IMG/VR virus record: IMGVR_UViG_2596583652_000001
Coordinates: 64,001 to 114,107 of that record
Source of the DNA: a virus
Taxonomy: Duplodnaviria > Heunggongvirae > Uroviricota > Caudoviricetes
DNA length: 50,107 nt
Direction: 5' to 3' (one strand)
The translations under genes were made by a program, and so were the position numbers. Positions 1 to 9,279 of this stretch are shown here, piece by piece (the stretch's first letter is position 1; each line of letters begins with the position of its first letter). The notes under the pieces are model-generated. The model ran no database searches. It had not been told where the DNA came from and worked only from the letters and a program-made list of their open reading frames with translations.

Positions 1-306
1 ACCTGCGTCATCCCCAATGTCGCCGCCTATCGCATCATGGGCTCCGAGGCGGTCGACGACGGAGAAGGCGGCACCTATGAGCACGAGATCCGCGAGTATC
101 TGCCGGGCTGGTATCTCATCATCGCCCGGCCGGAGCGCGACCCGGCGCTCGAGGGCGAGGCGTGCGTTCTGATCGGCGATCGGGAGACGGGCGCGGTGCT
201 GCACGCGATCACCACGCCGGAGGATCTGGCGACGCTCTATCTGGAGCCGACCTTCGCCGGCTCGGACTATCCCTTCGGCGCGCCGATTATCGCCACCGTG
301 GAGTGA
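1..306 (+). CDS. Hypothetical protein, probably 5'-truncated by the window edge
   Basis: Frame of ORF 37..306 is open from base 1 (ACC TGC GTC...); GC3-rich codons. Confidence 0.55.
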   Translation, partial: TCVIPNVAAYRIMGSEAVDDGEGGTYEHEIREYLPGWYLIIARPERDPALEGEACVLIGDRETGAVLHAITTPEDLATLYLEPTFAGSDYPFGAPIIATVE

Positions 307-341
307 CGCGTCGGGCGCGGCGTGTTAGCTCTCATAAATCT

Positions 342-359
342 TATGTGAGCACTTACTTA
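342..359. promoter_or_regulatory. 18-bp operator copy upstream of phoH
   Basis: TATGTGAGCACTTACTTA matches the repeated TAAGTRWG-NN-CNNACWTA palindrome. Confidence 0.65.
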
Positions 360-416
360 CTTTTCCCGTTTCGGCTACATTGCGGGATCAGTTATCTCCC
401 TGGGGAGCCTCCCGAA

Positions 417-1307
417 ATGACCAAGTTCAGCAAGTCAGCCGCGCGCACCAACCGTCGCGAGGAACGCTCCCGTTCGCGTAACGACACCCCGCTGCTCCTC
501 GAGGCGATGAGCCGCGAGATTCCCGCCAAGCCAAGGGTGCGCGAGATCAAGCCGCTCACCGATGGCCAGAAGCGCTATGACGCCGCCATGCGCTCAGCCG
601 ACATCGTGTTCGGCATTGGACCGGCCGGCACCGGCAAGACCTGGCTGGCCGCCATGCGCGCCGCCGAACGGCTCGACAATCGGGAGATCGAGCGCATCAT
701 CGTTACGCGGCCGGCCGTCGAGGCTGGTGAGAGCCTGGGCTTCCTGCCCGGTGAGCTTGACGAGAAATACGAGCCCTATTTCCGGCCGGTCAGCGAAGCC
801 CTGGTGCAGTTCTTCGGCGCCTCGCATCTCGAGCTCCTGATCAAGAGCAAGAAGATCGAGGCGCGCCCGCTGGCGCTGCTGCGCGGCGCCTCCATCGATA
901 ACGCGGTCGTCATCGCCGACGAGATGCAGAACGCGACGCTGACCCAGTTCAAGCTGCTGCTCACCCGCGGCGGCAAGGGCACGAAGTTCATCATCAACGG
1001 CGACCCGCGCCAGACCGATCTTCCGGGTGGCCGCTCGGGACTGACCGAGGCACAGAAGATCCTCGGCAAGGTGAAGGGCGTAGAGGTCGTCACCTTCGAT
1101 CGTTCCGACATCGTGCGCTCCGGTCTTACGCAGCGCGTCGTGGAAGCCTTCGAGGATGCGCATGTGACAAGCGGCGCGAATCCGGCGGAAGGACGCGACG
1201 CCGCATCGATCTCACTCGCCTACCACTTTAGCGAGTTCGGGCTGGGTCACCTTCTCGAGGAAGTCCCGCGCCTGCCGCGCGCGGAGGTCGTCAGGTTCGG
1301 CTCCTAG
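417..1307 (+). CDS. phoH: PhoH-like ATPase
   Basis: FGIGPAGTGKT Walker A, RPAVEAGESLGFLPG, ADEMQN, GDPRQTDL motifs; ATG at 417 after GGGGAG chosen over ORF start 162. Confidence 0.93.
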   Translation: MTKFSKSAARTNRREERSRSRNDTPLLLEAMSREIPAKPRVREIKPLTDGQKRYDAAMRSADIVFGIGPAGTGKTWLAAMRAAERLDNREIERIIVTRPAVEAGESLGFLPGELDEKYEPYFRPVSEALVQFFGASHLELLIKSKKIEARPLALLRGASIDNAVVIADEMQNATLTQFKLLLTRGGKGTKFIINGDPRQTDLPGGRSGLTEAQKILGKVKGVEVVTFDRSDIVRSGLTQRVVEAFEDAHVTSGANPAEGRDAASISLAYHFSEFGLGHLLEEVPRLPRAEVVRFGS

Positions 1308-1322
1308 GGCTGTCGCGTCAAA

Positions 1323-1359
1323 TTCCAGAGCGCGAGCGCTATAAGTGACAGAGCGCTTA
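1323..1359 (+). promoter_or_regulatory. Phage-type promoter overlapped by operator
   Basis: TTCCA-N11-CTATAA (1323-1344); operator TAAGTGACAGAGCGCTTA 1342-1359. Confidence 0.65.
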
Positions 1360-1372
1360 TGAGAGTGATCTG

Positions 1373-2098
1373 ATGCCCTTGAATGACCAGGCCCCGATCG
1401 GCGAGATGGACCGCAGCTTGCCGATCGACGACGACTATGTGACCTACACGCTGAACCTCGGCAAGTTCCAGGACTTTGACCTCGGCCTGTTCGCCACCAA
1501 ATGGTTCGACTACCGGCATCTGACGCCTTTGCAGGCCACGCGCCTCTATACCGCCGCTCTGGAGCCCGTCTATCAGCGGATCTATGCCCGCGAGTTCGAT
1601 CGGGAGAAGGCCAAATACATCAAGGTGGCCGACCTCGATAAGCTGCTCGAGGGCCTGCGCCGCGGTGACTCCCACGCCAAGGCGACCTTCACCGCCTGCT
1701 GGCGCGGCCGACAGGTCGCCGACGCGCTCGGTATGCCCTACGAGATCTATCTCGACCTGATCGTGAGCGCCCGGCTCCGGCGCTGGCAGCGCACGCAGAT
1801 GCCGCGCCCGCAGCACCTCTACCACGAGTATGACGTCGAGAAGGTGCAGCTGCGCTGGGAGGAGATGCAGGCAAGCGACCTCTATCTCGCCGAGCACCCG
1901 GCCTACATGGTCCAGAACTACCAGGGTGCCCTGCACCAGAACGACTACCACGAGTGGCTGATCAAGCAGGCCAGGCTGCGCCAGAACACCGCCTATTACA
2001 TCGCCCGCTTCATCGATGAGGACCGGCTTCCTCTCGACAAGGTCAGCTCGCGGCTCGAGCCTCACCTGTTCGAGCAGGTCACAAGCTACCTGCAGTAA
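1373..2098 (+). CDS. Conserved phage-plasmid hypothetical protein preceding the helicase (possible helicase loader or replication accessory)
   Basis: 241 aa, TKWFDYR motif; position upstream of dnaB-primase recalled from SSU5-like elements; function not established. Confidence 0.6.
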   Translation: MPLNDQAPIGEMDRSLPIDDDYVTYTLNLGKFQDFDLGLFATKWFDYRHLTPLQATRLYTAALEPVYQRIYAREFDREKAKYIKVADLDKLLEGLRRGDSHAKATFTACWRGRQVADALGMPYEIYLDLIVSARLRRWQRTQMPRPQHLYHEYDVEKVQLRWEEMQASDLYLAEHPAYMVQNYQGALHQNDYHEWLIKQARLRQNTAYYIARFIDEDRLPLDKVSSRLEPHLFEQVTSYLQ

Positions 2099-2167
2099 CC
2101 CATCAGCGTTTCGCTACAATTGAGACAGTGTATTGCACGTCTCGCCTTGTAAGTGAGTGCATACTTA
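2098..2167 (+). promoter_or_regulatory. Promoter and operator of the dnaB-primase operon
   Basis: ACCCA-N11-CTACAA (2098-2119); operator TAAGTGAGTGCATACTTA 2150-2167 abutting the AAGGAG RBS. Confidence 0.7.
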
Positions 2168-2180
2168 AGGAGTTGAGCTA

Positions 2181-3506
2181 GTGAGTGACGCTGAGGCTTC
2201 GGCTCAATACGATTTCGACGTTCAGTTCCAGCACAAGATCGCCTCGCTGCTGATGCGTGACAGCGTGTTTGCGATGCGCACCAAGGATCTGATCAAGCCG
2301 GAATACTTCGCCGAGGCAGCCGTCGGCACGATGGTCGGCATCGTCCAGGAGCACATCAAGGTTTACAAGACCGTGCCGGACATGAAGATCCTGCCCACGA
2401 TCCTGAAGGATGCCCTCGCGCGCAAGCGCATCCGGCCCGACATGCTCGACGGCATCAAGGCCATCATCCGCGAGGCGATGACCGCGGATCTCTCGAATCC
2501 GGATTTCGTGACCGACAAGGTCGCGAGCTTCGCCAAGCACCAGGCGATCGAGCAGGCCATCATGGCCTCGCTCCCGCTGCTGGAGAAGGGCGAGTTCGAC
2601 AAGATCGCCCAGCTGATGAAGGAAGCCGGCCAGGTCGGCGCCGTTCTCGATGGCGGCGATTACGACTACTGGCAGGAGATTGGCAACCGCACCCAGCTGC
2701 GCAAGGACCTGGCCGCCGGCAAGGTGGTGCGCAACGGGATCACGACCGGCTATTCCGAGATCGATGGTCTGCTGTTTCACGCGGGCTGGGGTCGCAAGGA
2801 ACTCAGCTGCATGATGGGGCCGGCCAAGGCCGGCAAGTCGATGTCGCTGGGCGACTTCGGCAAGAATGCCGCGCTCGCCGGCTACAATGTGCTCTACGAC
2901 AGCCTCGAGGTCGCCAAGGAGATCATCGCCGACCGCACCGACGCGGCGCTGACCAGCACGCTGATGCGCGAGCTTCACAAGTCGGCCGATGATGTCGATC
3001 GGCTTGTCCGCGCCGCTGCGACGCGCGCAGGCCATATGAAATTCCGCGATCACGCCTCCGGCACGCTCAAACCCTCGACGCTGCACCGGCTGATCGAGGA
3101 TTATCGCTCGGACGGCATCATCTTCGACCTGGTGATTGTCGACTATGCCGACATCATGGCTGCGGAGTATCGCTCCGACAGCCTCCAGGAGAACCTGCGC
3201 ACCATCTACATCGACCTGCGCGCGATCGCCCACGAGTTCAACATCGCGCTGCTGACAGCGACCCAGACCAACCGTGACGGCGCCAAGGCGGTTACGGCCA
3301 AGGCGACCGACGTCGGTGATGACTGGAACAAGGCGCGCACCGTCGACATCATGATCGGCATCAGCGCTACCGACGCGGAGAAGACCGCCGGCGAGGCGCG
3401 CCTGTCCTGGCTCCTGTCGCGCAACACCGAGGACGGCTTCTCGATCAAGATCCGGCAGGACCGCTCCAAGATGCAGTTTCTCACCAAGGTGCTGGGGCGC
3501 ATCTGA
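2181..3506 (+). CDS. dnaB: DnaB-like replicative helicase
   Basis: GPAKAGKS Walker A, LYDSLE, VIVDYADIM Walker B, TATQTNR; GTG start after AAGGAG. Confidence 0.9.
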   Translation: MSDAEASAQYDFDVQFQHKIASLLMRDSVFAMRTKDLIKPEYFAEAAVGTMVGIVQEHIKVYKTVPDMKILPTILKDALARKRIRPDMLDGIKAIIREAMTADLSNPDFVTDKVASFAKHQAIEQAIMASLPLLEKGEFDKIAQLMKEAGQVGAVLDGGDYDYWQEIGNRTQLRKDLAAGKVVRNGITTGYSEIDGLLFHAGWGRKELSCMMGPAKAGKSMSLGDFGKNAALAGYNVLYDSLEVAKEIIADRTDAALTSTLMRELHKSADDVDRLVRAAATRAGHMKFRDHASGTLKPSTLHRLIEDYRSDGIIFDLVIVDYADIMAAEYRSDSLQENLRTIYIDLRAIAHEFNIALLTATQTNRDGAKAVTAKATDVGDDWNKARTVDIMIGISATDAEKTAGEARLSWLLSRNTEDGFSIKIRQDRSKMQFLTKVLGRI

Positions 3507-4624
3507 TGGCCAGCAGTCTGTGGGATGAGATCGAGGCGAACCTCGATATGGAGTTCTTTCTCGATCGCGAGAGCCTCGCCTACCGGATCACGCGCGGCGT
3601 GTCGGGCGAGCAGCTCAACATCAAGCAGTGCCCCAATCCGAACTGCGGTGACTCCCGCTGGCGCGTCTATTTCGGGACCGACACCGGCCGGGGCAACTGC
3701 TTCGTCTGCGGCAAGGGGTTCGGGAAGACGAGCTTCATCCGCGCCCATTTCGAGCACACGGACTGGGCGGCCACGGCGCGCGAGTGCGAGGCGCTGTTAA
3801 AGGAGCAGGGCTGGCGACCGCGGCGAAAGGCCGTGGTGGCGGTCGAGCATGGCGATGTCGTGCTGCCGATCTCCATCGAGCTTCCCACGCCCGAGGGGTC
3901 GAACCTCGCCTATCTCGAGACACGCGGCATCGACGCCGAGATCTGCCGCTATTTTCGCCTGCGCTTTTGCGAATATGGATGGTGGAAGTTCACGGATCCG
4001 GATGGCGCCGTGAAAACGCAGTCCTTCGACCAGCGCGTGATCATTCCGGTCTTCGACCTCGACGGCAAACTGGTGACGTTCCAGGGCCGCGACGTAACCG
4101 GTATGAGCCAGTCCAAATACCTGTTCCCGAAGGAGCTGCCCGGCACGGGCCGCTATCTCTACAACGCCCACAACGTGGTCGCGACCGACCATGTGGTGAT
4201 GGGGGAGGGCGCTTTCGACGTGGCCGCCCTCAAGATCGCCTTCGATGAAGATCCGGCGCTGCGCGACATCGTGCCAATCGGCTCCTTCGGCAAGCACCTG
4301 TCCTATGGCGACCCCGGCGCCAATGATCAGCTGGGGCGGTTCAACGCGCTCAAGGCGCGCGGGCTGAGATTCGTGACGATCATGTGGGACGGAGAGGAGA
4401 GGGCGCTCGAGGCCGCGCTGAACGCTGCCAAGCTGCTCTCCGGCATCGGCCTGACCGTGCGCATCGCGCTGCTGCCTCATGAGCGCGATCCCAATGAGGT
4501 GCTCCCCGAGGTCGTGCGCAAGGCGCACTACGCGGCGAGCACCTGGACGCCGGCGCTCGATATCCGGTGGAGGCTGCGCAACCCCTACTCGCCGCGTGAG
4601 CGCGTGCGCCTGGGACTATGTTAG
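3506..4624 (+). CDS. dnaG: DNA primase (zinc-binding plus TOPRIM)
   Basis: N-terminal CPNPNC...CFVC zinc site, FQGR, GEGAFD and WDG TOPRIM motifs; TGATG-coupled to the helicase. Confidence 0.9.
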   Translation: MASSLWDEIEANLDMEFFLDRESLAYRITRGVSGEQLNIKQCPNPNCGDSRWRVYFGTDTGRGNCFVCGKGFGKTSFIRAHFEHTDWAATARECEALLKEQGWRPRRKAVVAVEHGDVVLPISIELPTPEGSNLAYLETRGIDAEICRYFRLRFCEYGWWKFTDPDGAVKTQSFDQRVIIPVFDLDGKLVTFQGRDVTGMSQSKYLFPKELPGTGRYLYNAHNVVATDHVVMGEGAFDVAALKIAFDEDPALRDIVPIGSFGKHLSYGDPGANDQLGRFNALKARGLRFVTIMWDGEERALEAALNAAKLLSGIGLTVRIALLPHERDPNEVLPEVVRKAHYAASTWTPALDIRWRLRNPYSPRERVRLGLC

Positions 4625-4669
4625 CGCTCACATCTTTCCTCGCTCATTCCACTGAGCGTCGCGCTATAA
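4617..4669 (+). promoter_or_regulatory. Operator and promoter of the WGR/ligase operon
   Basis: Operator TATGTTAGCGCTCACATC 4617-4634; TTCCA-N12-CTATAA 4647-4669. Confidence 0.6.
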
Positions 4670-4690
4670 ATCAAGCAACAGAAATGCTCG

Positions 4691-5260
4691 ATGAGCAGGA
4701 ACGCAGCAATGTCGACCTATCCGATAGCAGTAGATAGCGTCGCCCTTGAGCACAAGGGTGGCACGAAGGCGTATTATGTCACCCGCATCTCGACCAATGA
4801 CGGGAGACATCTCCTCGTCAATCGATGGGGAAAGGTCGGCGTCTTTGGTGAGGTCCAGGTCTTCAAGTTCACCGACAGAAAGACGGTCGAAAAAGAGTTC
4901 GAGAAGAAGATTCGCGCCAAGCGCACGGGTGGTTACGAGCTCAAGGCGAACGGCTCTGGATTGCCCAATCATGGCGCCGCAACCTTCGTGGCCTCCGACG
5001 CGCAGGAGCTCGTCAAGAAGCTCACCGTTCCCCTGTTCGACAAGCTCGGCAAGGACGCCATCAGCTTCCTCGACCCCGCGATCGACACCTCCCGCATGCG
5101 CGAGGCTGAACCTCCTCAGCTCGACGAGGAGGGTCGCAAGATCAATCGCAACACGGCGCGCAAGGCCGATCTGTCCGACGCGATCGCCGCCGAGAAGGAG
5201 GCCGAGCGCAAACAGGTCGAGCAGACCTACGCCAGCAATCCGCTCTTCGGGAGGTTCTAA
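4691..5260 (+). CDS. WGR-domain protein
   Basis: KAYYVTRI...VNRWGKVG...EFEKKIRAKRTGGY pattern; C-terminal YASNPLFGRF tail; start may be 4709. Confidence 0.7.
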   Translation: MSRNAAMSTYPIAVDSVALEHKGGTKAYYVTRISTNDGRHLLVNRWGKVGVFGEVQVFKFTDRKTVEKEFEKKIRAKRTGGYELKANGSGLPNHGAATFVASDAQELVKKLTVPLFDKLGKDAISFLDPAIDTSRMREAEPPQLDEEGRKINRNTARKADLSDAIAAEKEAERKQVEQTYASNPLFGRF

Positions 5261-5823
5261 TGCGCAGGTTCAAGACGCTGGCGAGCGACAACCAGTTCTC
5301 GTTCATCTGCCCGATCTTCAACGTCGCCACGCGAATGGCCGCCTGCATGAAGCTGCGGGATCTCGTCTGGAAGGGAAAGGGCCCTGATGTTCGCAAGGGC
5401 TGCCAGGCGTGCATGAAGTCCAGCAAGTGCCCGGCCGCAGCGATCGTTGACCGCATTCACTACGGCGGGAAGGACGTCGCTGATGACTATGGCTCGGATC
5501 AGCCGGTCATGGGCAAGCTCGGTGCCGATGTGCTGGACCGCATCCGGCGCGTCATCGTGCAGGATGTCCATATCCAGCAGTGCGGGGTTCCGCCCGAAGA
5601 GCAACAGCTCATCCTGAGCGCCAATCCCCGCATCGACGAGCAGCTCAAGACCGCGCCGACCGACGGCAAGGCCAAGCGCTACGTTGCCTCCGATTACGAG
5701 GAGACGCCGCGACGCCGCGCGCCCAAGCCCAAGAGCGCGCCGCAGGACATCGCGTCGCCGGCACCCAGCAGCCGCGTCAACGACGCCGCCCGCACCGGCG
5801 ATCTCGCCGCCGCCATCAGCTAA
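5260..5823 (+). CDS. Hypothetical Cys-containing protein with C-terminal AARTGDLAAAI tail
   Basis: CPIF, CMK, CQAC, SKCP cysteines; overlaps neighbouring stop; phage codon usage. Confidence 0.6.
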   Translation: MRRFKTLASDNQFSFICPIFNVATRMAACMKLRDLVWKGKGPDVRKGCQACMKSSKCPAAAIVDRIHYGGKDVADDYGSDQPVMGKLGADVLDRIRRVIVQDVHIQQCGVPPEEQQLILSANPRIDEQLKTAPTDGKAKRYVASDYEETPRRRAPKPKSAPQDIASPAPSSRVNDAARTGDLAAAIS

Positions 5824-5832
5824 GAGGACATC

Positions 5833-7359
5833 ATGGACGCCTATACCGTATCGCGCCGGATCGAGGAGATTGCGGCGACCGGCTCGCGCATCGAGAAGGA
5901 ACGTCTCCTGAGCGAGCTCGCGGCCTCGGATCTCGGCAAGTTCGTGCTCAACTGGGCCTACAACCCGTTCATCACCTACGGCCTCACCGCTGCTCCCACG
6001 CCCAGCGACGAGGAGCTCAATATCAACTTCCGCCGGGAGCTGATCGAGCCGCTGCTGCTCAAGCTCTCCCGGCGTGAACTGACAGGCAAGGCGGCCGAGC
6101 GCGAGGTTGGCGAGGTGATGCGCGCGCTCAATCCCGACGGCGCCCGCCTGCTCTATCTCGTCCTGTCCAAGGATCTGAAGTGCGGCATCGCCGAGACCAC
6201 GATCAACGCGGTGATGCCCGGCCTCATTCCGATCTTCTCGGTGATGCGTGCGCACACCTTTGACGTCAAGAAGGTCAAGTCCTGGCCGCAGAAGCTCGAA
6301 TACAAGCTCGACGGCAACCGCAACACATTCATCGCCAAGGACGGCCACGGCGGTTTCTTCACCCGCACCGGCAAACGGGTGCTCTCGCTCGACTTCCTGG
6401 TGCAGGGTGTCCTCCGGGCCGCCCAGGTCGCTCTCGAAACCACGACGATGAAGGAGCTCCAGCGCACCCTGTCGCAGGACAATGGCCGCACCCTCAACTT
6501 CATGCTCGATGGCGAGGCGATGATGGGCCTGTTCGCCAACACGGGCGTCTTCAAGCGCACGACCGAGGACGCGGTCGGCGCCGAGCTGCACCTCTACGAC
6601 ATCATGTCGCTTCCTGACTTCGACGCGATCGGTTCGGTCGGCTACCCGCTCGAGCAGCGCCGCAAGATGCTGGTCGAGTTCGTGCGCCAGGCCAAGGCGG
6701 GCCTGCCCGAGAACCTCAAGGAGATGATCCAGATCTCGCCGCAGTTCTTCGTGAACAACGAGGCAGAGGTGCATGAATGGTTCGAGAAGGCGCGCGCCAA
6801 GACGCTCGCCTCCTACCTGGCGCGCGGCGATGCGCAGAAGGAAGCCGAGCTCGCGGCTGCGACCATCGACAAGGAAACCGGCAAGCCCAAGGTGCTCGAG
6901 GGCATCATGGTCAAGGATCCGGGCGGGCTCTACGACAAGAAGAAGTCCTATGGCTGGATGAAGATGAAGGCCGAGGAGACCGAAGATCTGCGGATCGTCG
7001 GCTTCTATAACGGCGAGGCCGGCAGCAAATACGAGTTCACGATGGGCGGCGCCATCGTCGAGCGCAATGGCGTGCTCATCCGCGTCGGAGGAGGGTGGTC
7101 CGACAAGGATCGTGCCGACTGTTGGGAGCTCTGGAAGCAGGATGCGGCGCTGCTCGGCATCGATCCGCTGGTTGGCTTCAAGCCGGGTGTCCACTTTGAG
7201 CTGGGGCGCATCAAGGCGGTAGAGGCCACGAACTTCCTCGGCCGGCTGCTCGAGGTCGAGTTCCACGAGGTGACACCCGACGGCTCGCTACGCCATCCCC
7301 GCGCGGTTCGTTTCCGCGACGACAAGGACGGCGAGCTCGAAACCCGTGAGGCAGCATGA
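5833..7359 (+). CDS. ATP-dependent DNA ligase
   Basis: EYKLDGNR (KxDG adenylation), LDGEAM, YDIM, EGIMVKD, KKSYGWMKMK, EVTPDGSLRHPR. Confidence 0.93.
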   Translation: MDAYTVSRRIEEIAATGSRIEKERLLSELAASDLGKFVLNWAYNPFITYGLTAAPTPSDEELNINFRRELIEPLLLKLSRRELTGKAAEREVGEVMRALNPDGARLLYLVLSKDLKCGIAETTINAVMPGLIPIFSVMRAHTFDVKKVKSWPQKLEYKLDGNRNTFIAKDGHGGFFTRTGKRVLSLDFLVQGVLRAAQVALETTTMKELQRTLSQDNGRTLNFMLDGEAMMGLFANTGVFKRTTEDAVGAELHLYDIMSLPDFDAIGSVGYPLEQRRKMLVEFVRQAKAGLPENLKEMIQISPQFFVNNEAEVHEWFEKARAKTLASYLARGDAQKEAELAAATIDKETGKPKVLEGIMVKDPGGLYDKKKSYGWMKMKAEETEDLRIVGFYNGEAGSKYEFTMGGAIVERNGVLIRVGGGWSDKDRADCWELWKQDAALLGIDPLVGFKPGVHFELGRIKAVEATNFLGRLLEVEFHEVTPDGSLRHPRAVRFRDDKDGELETREAA

Positions 7360-7766
7360 CCGGCTACACCACAGCCGCCGCGCGCTATGCGGCGTCGCCC
7401 GGCTCCGCCACGCCCATTCCTCAATATGTCGAGGCGGTCTGGCAGGATACTTGGGGCCACCTCGCGCCAAAGCCCAGGGCCGTCTATCGCGGCTCTGTGC
7501 TCTTTACCCTTGGCATTCATGGCGATCTCGTCGCCATCGACTGGTCCTTCAAGCTGGAGGATGACACGGAGCTCGTCGGCAGCCCGTGGTTCCACGAGGA
7601 TCTGCACGAACAGATGGCGATCTGGGCCGAGCAGAAGAAGTGGTTTTACGGTGGCATCTGGCGCTTCGACGGCTCGTTTGAGCGCCTGAAGAATGGCAAG
7701 AGCCGGTGGCGTGGTAAAGTTCGGCCCATGCGTGCTGTCTATCGGTTTGGTGGAATGACGAAATGA
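7356..7766 (+). CDS. Hypothetical protein
   Basis: 136 aa, ATGA-coupled to the ligase. Confidence 0.55.
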   Translation: MTGYTTAAARYAASPGSATPIPQYVEAVWQDTWGHLAPKPRAVYRGSVLFTLGIHGDLVAIDWSFKLEDDTELVGSPWFHEDLHEQMAIWAEQKKWFYGGIWRFDGSFERLKNGKSRWRGKVRPMRAVYRFGGMTK

Positions 7767-7978
7767 TGCAGACGGGCGATCTCCAGCCGGGTCTCAAGCT
7801 GGCAATCCGCCAGGCCACCAACACGATCAGTCGCGTCACCTATGAGATCGAGGTTGAGATCGTCTGGGTTGAGAACGGCCATGTTCATTATCGGCGAATC
7901 GGTGACGGCGCGGTCAAGCAAACGCCCATCGAGCGCTTCCTCGACGTGGTGAATAACCAGCCGCCTGCGCACCGCTGA
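7763..7978 (+). CDS. Small hypothetical protein
   Basis: 71 aa, ATGA-coupled to the previous ORF; ends 2 bp from the convergent repC stop. Confidence 0.55.
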   Translation: MMQTGDLQPGLKLAIRQATNTISRVTYEIEVEIVWVENGHVHYRRIGDGAVKQTPIERFLDVVNNQPPAHR

Positions 7979-7980
7979 AC

Positions 7981-9117
7981 TCACTCCCGCGGCCGTCGAT
8001 TTCGCAGAATGAGCTTGTGAATTTCAGCCTCGAAGTTCACGCGGCCCTCCTTGATCAGCCGGCACATCGAGCGGAAATAGCCACCCGGATTCTGGATCGG
8101 CCGCGCCCCTGGCGCCGGCCGGTTCTGCATTTGCACCACCCATAGCAGCACGCCGGCCGCCAGCACGGGACCGATCGCCGCGATGCCCTCGCCCCAGGCG
8201 TCGGCATGCACGCCGAACCCGCCGCGGTGCCGCGCCGCCTCGTTCACGAGATCCCGCTCGTTGTGGATGGGCTCCAAATAGGCGAGGGCGTCCGGGCACG
8301 CTTTGAGCAGGTCACTGAGCGTGGTCTGGGAGGCGCGAGGCGGCTGCCCCTCACACTTCGAAGGCTCCTTGTTACAAGACTGGTCAAGGGATTCGTTGTT
8401 ATTGTCTTTCTGCCGGCATTCATTGCCGCCATAGGCGGTATTGTATTGAGCCTCGGCTTCGCCGCGCAGCGCCTTCCAGGCGCCAAGGAAGGGCTCCGGC
8501 GAGCGAGAGGGGCTGCGCCGCGGCGTTTCCTTCGCCAGACGCTCATACCGCTCCCTCAGCGGGCCGATGTTCAGTCGTGGAAACCACTCGGCCAGCGTGT
8601 TGAGCACCTCGAGCGTGGCGCGCCGGTCGATGGTGATCTGGTCGAAGCCGCGCTCATTCTCGCGCTCGTGCTCCTGCAGTGCGGTGAGCTGCTGCTGCCA
8701 CTCCTCCTGGCGCTCGATGAGAGGGGAGAGGTCGAAGCCATAGGCGGTGACGATCTGGCCCTTGGCGTTGCGCTGGGCGAAGCGCTTGCCGTTGGGCGAG
8801 TCCTTGGCGCGCAGAATGCCCATGGTGATCAGCTGGCGCGCGGCCAGGCGCACCGTGCGCTCCCCGAGCCCTGTGCGCTCGCACAGCAGCTCGTTGGATG
8901 GCCACACCAGCATCCGGCCCTCGATGGGCCGGCCGGCGTAGAAGGTGCACAGGGTTTCGAGCACGAAGCGCGCCGCAGCCGTCGGCTGCATCACACGCGC
9001 GCACAGGCGCGCCGCCTCGAAAAGCTCCAGCTTCTCGGCCTTCTTGATCTCGGCCGGCGTCGGGCCGACAGGCGGCAATGACCGCCAGCCCGTGGACTGC
9101 GTTCTCATCCGATTCAT
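7981..9117 (-). CDS. repC: repABC-family replication initiator RepC
   Basis: LVWPSNELLCERTG...LITMGILRAKDSPNGKRFAQR...AYGFDLSPL winged-helix region and C-terminal IQNPGGYFRSM; start 9117 or 9108, since the ORF-track start 9225 runs through the regulatory leader. Confidence 0.9.
   Translation of the reverse strand: MNRMRTQSTGWRSLPPVGPTPAEIKKAEKLELFEAARLCARVMQPTAAARFVLETLCTFYAGRPIEGRMLVWPSNELLCERTGLGERTVRLAARQLITMGILRAKDSPNGKRFAQRNAKGQIVTAYGFDLSPLIERQEEWQQQLTALQEHERENERGFDQITIDRRATLEVLNTLAEWFPRLNIGPLRERYERLAKETPRRSPSRSPEPFLGAWKALRGEAEAQYNTAYGGNECRQKDNNNESLDQSCNKEPSKCEGQPPRASQTTLSDLLKACPDALAYLEPIHNERDLVNEAARHRGGFGVHADAWGEGIAAIGPVLAAGVLLWVVQMQNRPAPGARPIQNPGGYFRSMCRLIKEGRVNFEAEIHKLILRNRRPRE
8350..8450. 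other. Putative oriV (AT-rich tract inside repC)
   Basis: Locally AT-rich (ttgttacaag...gattcgttgttattgtctttc) with GANTC at 8390; RepC origins are known to lie inside repC. Confidence 0.45.
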
Positions 9118-9163
9118 CCCGATCTGCGGGACAAAGCTCCGCCCTCCCTCGCCAGTGCGAGAG

Positions 9164-9193
9164 TTGACAAACCAGCGGTGATTCGGGATAAAT
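9164..9193 (+). promoter_or_regulatory. Sigma70 promoter for counter-transcribed RNA
   Basis: TTGACA (9164-9169)-N17-GATAAA(T), antisense to repC within its leader. Confidence 0.65.
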
Positions 9194-9198
9194 CGAAC

Positions 9199-9268
9199 CT
9201 GCGAGAACGGTGGTTCCCGAATCACCGAGAATTCAAAAGGCTCCCAGACGGCAATCTGGGGGCCTTTT
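9199..9268 (+). ncRNA. Predicted ctRNA (antisense replication-control RNA of the repC replicon)
   Basis: About 70 nt between the TTGACA promoter and an intrinsic terminator, immediately upstream of and antisense to repC, as in repABC/repC replicons; ends approximate. Confidence 0.6.
9235..9268 (+). terminator. Intrinsic terminator of the ctRNA (possibly bidirectional)
   Basis: AAAAGGCTCCCAGA-cggcaa-TCTGGGGGCCTTTT. Confidence 0.75.
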
Positions 9269-9279
9269 CGCTTTGTGCC

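Noticed and set aside
162-416. N-terminal extension of the PhoH ORF (and similar extensions at 15586, 14408, 44333, 38402)
   Set aside because: They run through upstream genes, promoters or operators; downstream starts with RBS or stop-start coupling fit better
9195-9208. GAAC-N6-GAAC in the repC leader (and GAAC-N6-GAAT near 9831)
   Set aside because: Spacing is 6, not the 7 required for the alphaproteobacterial LexA box
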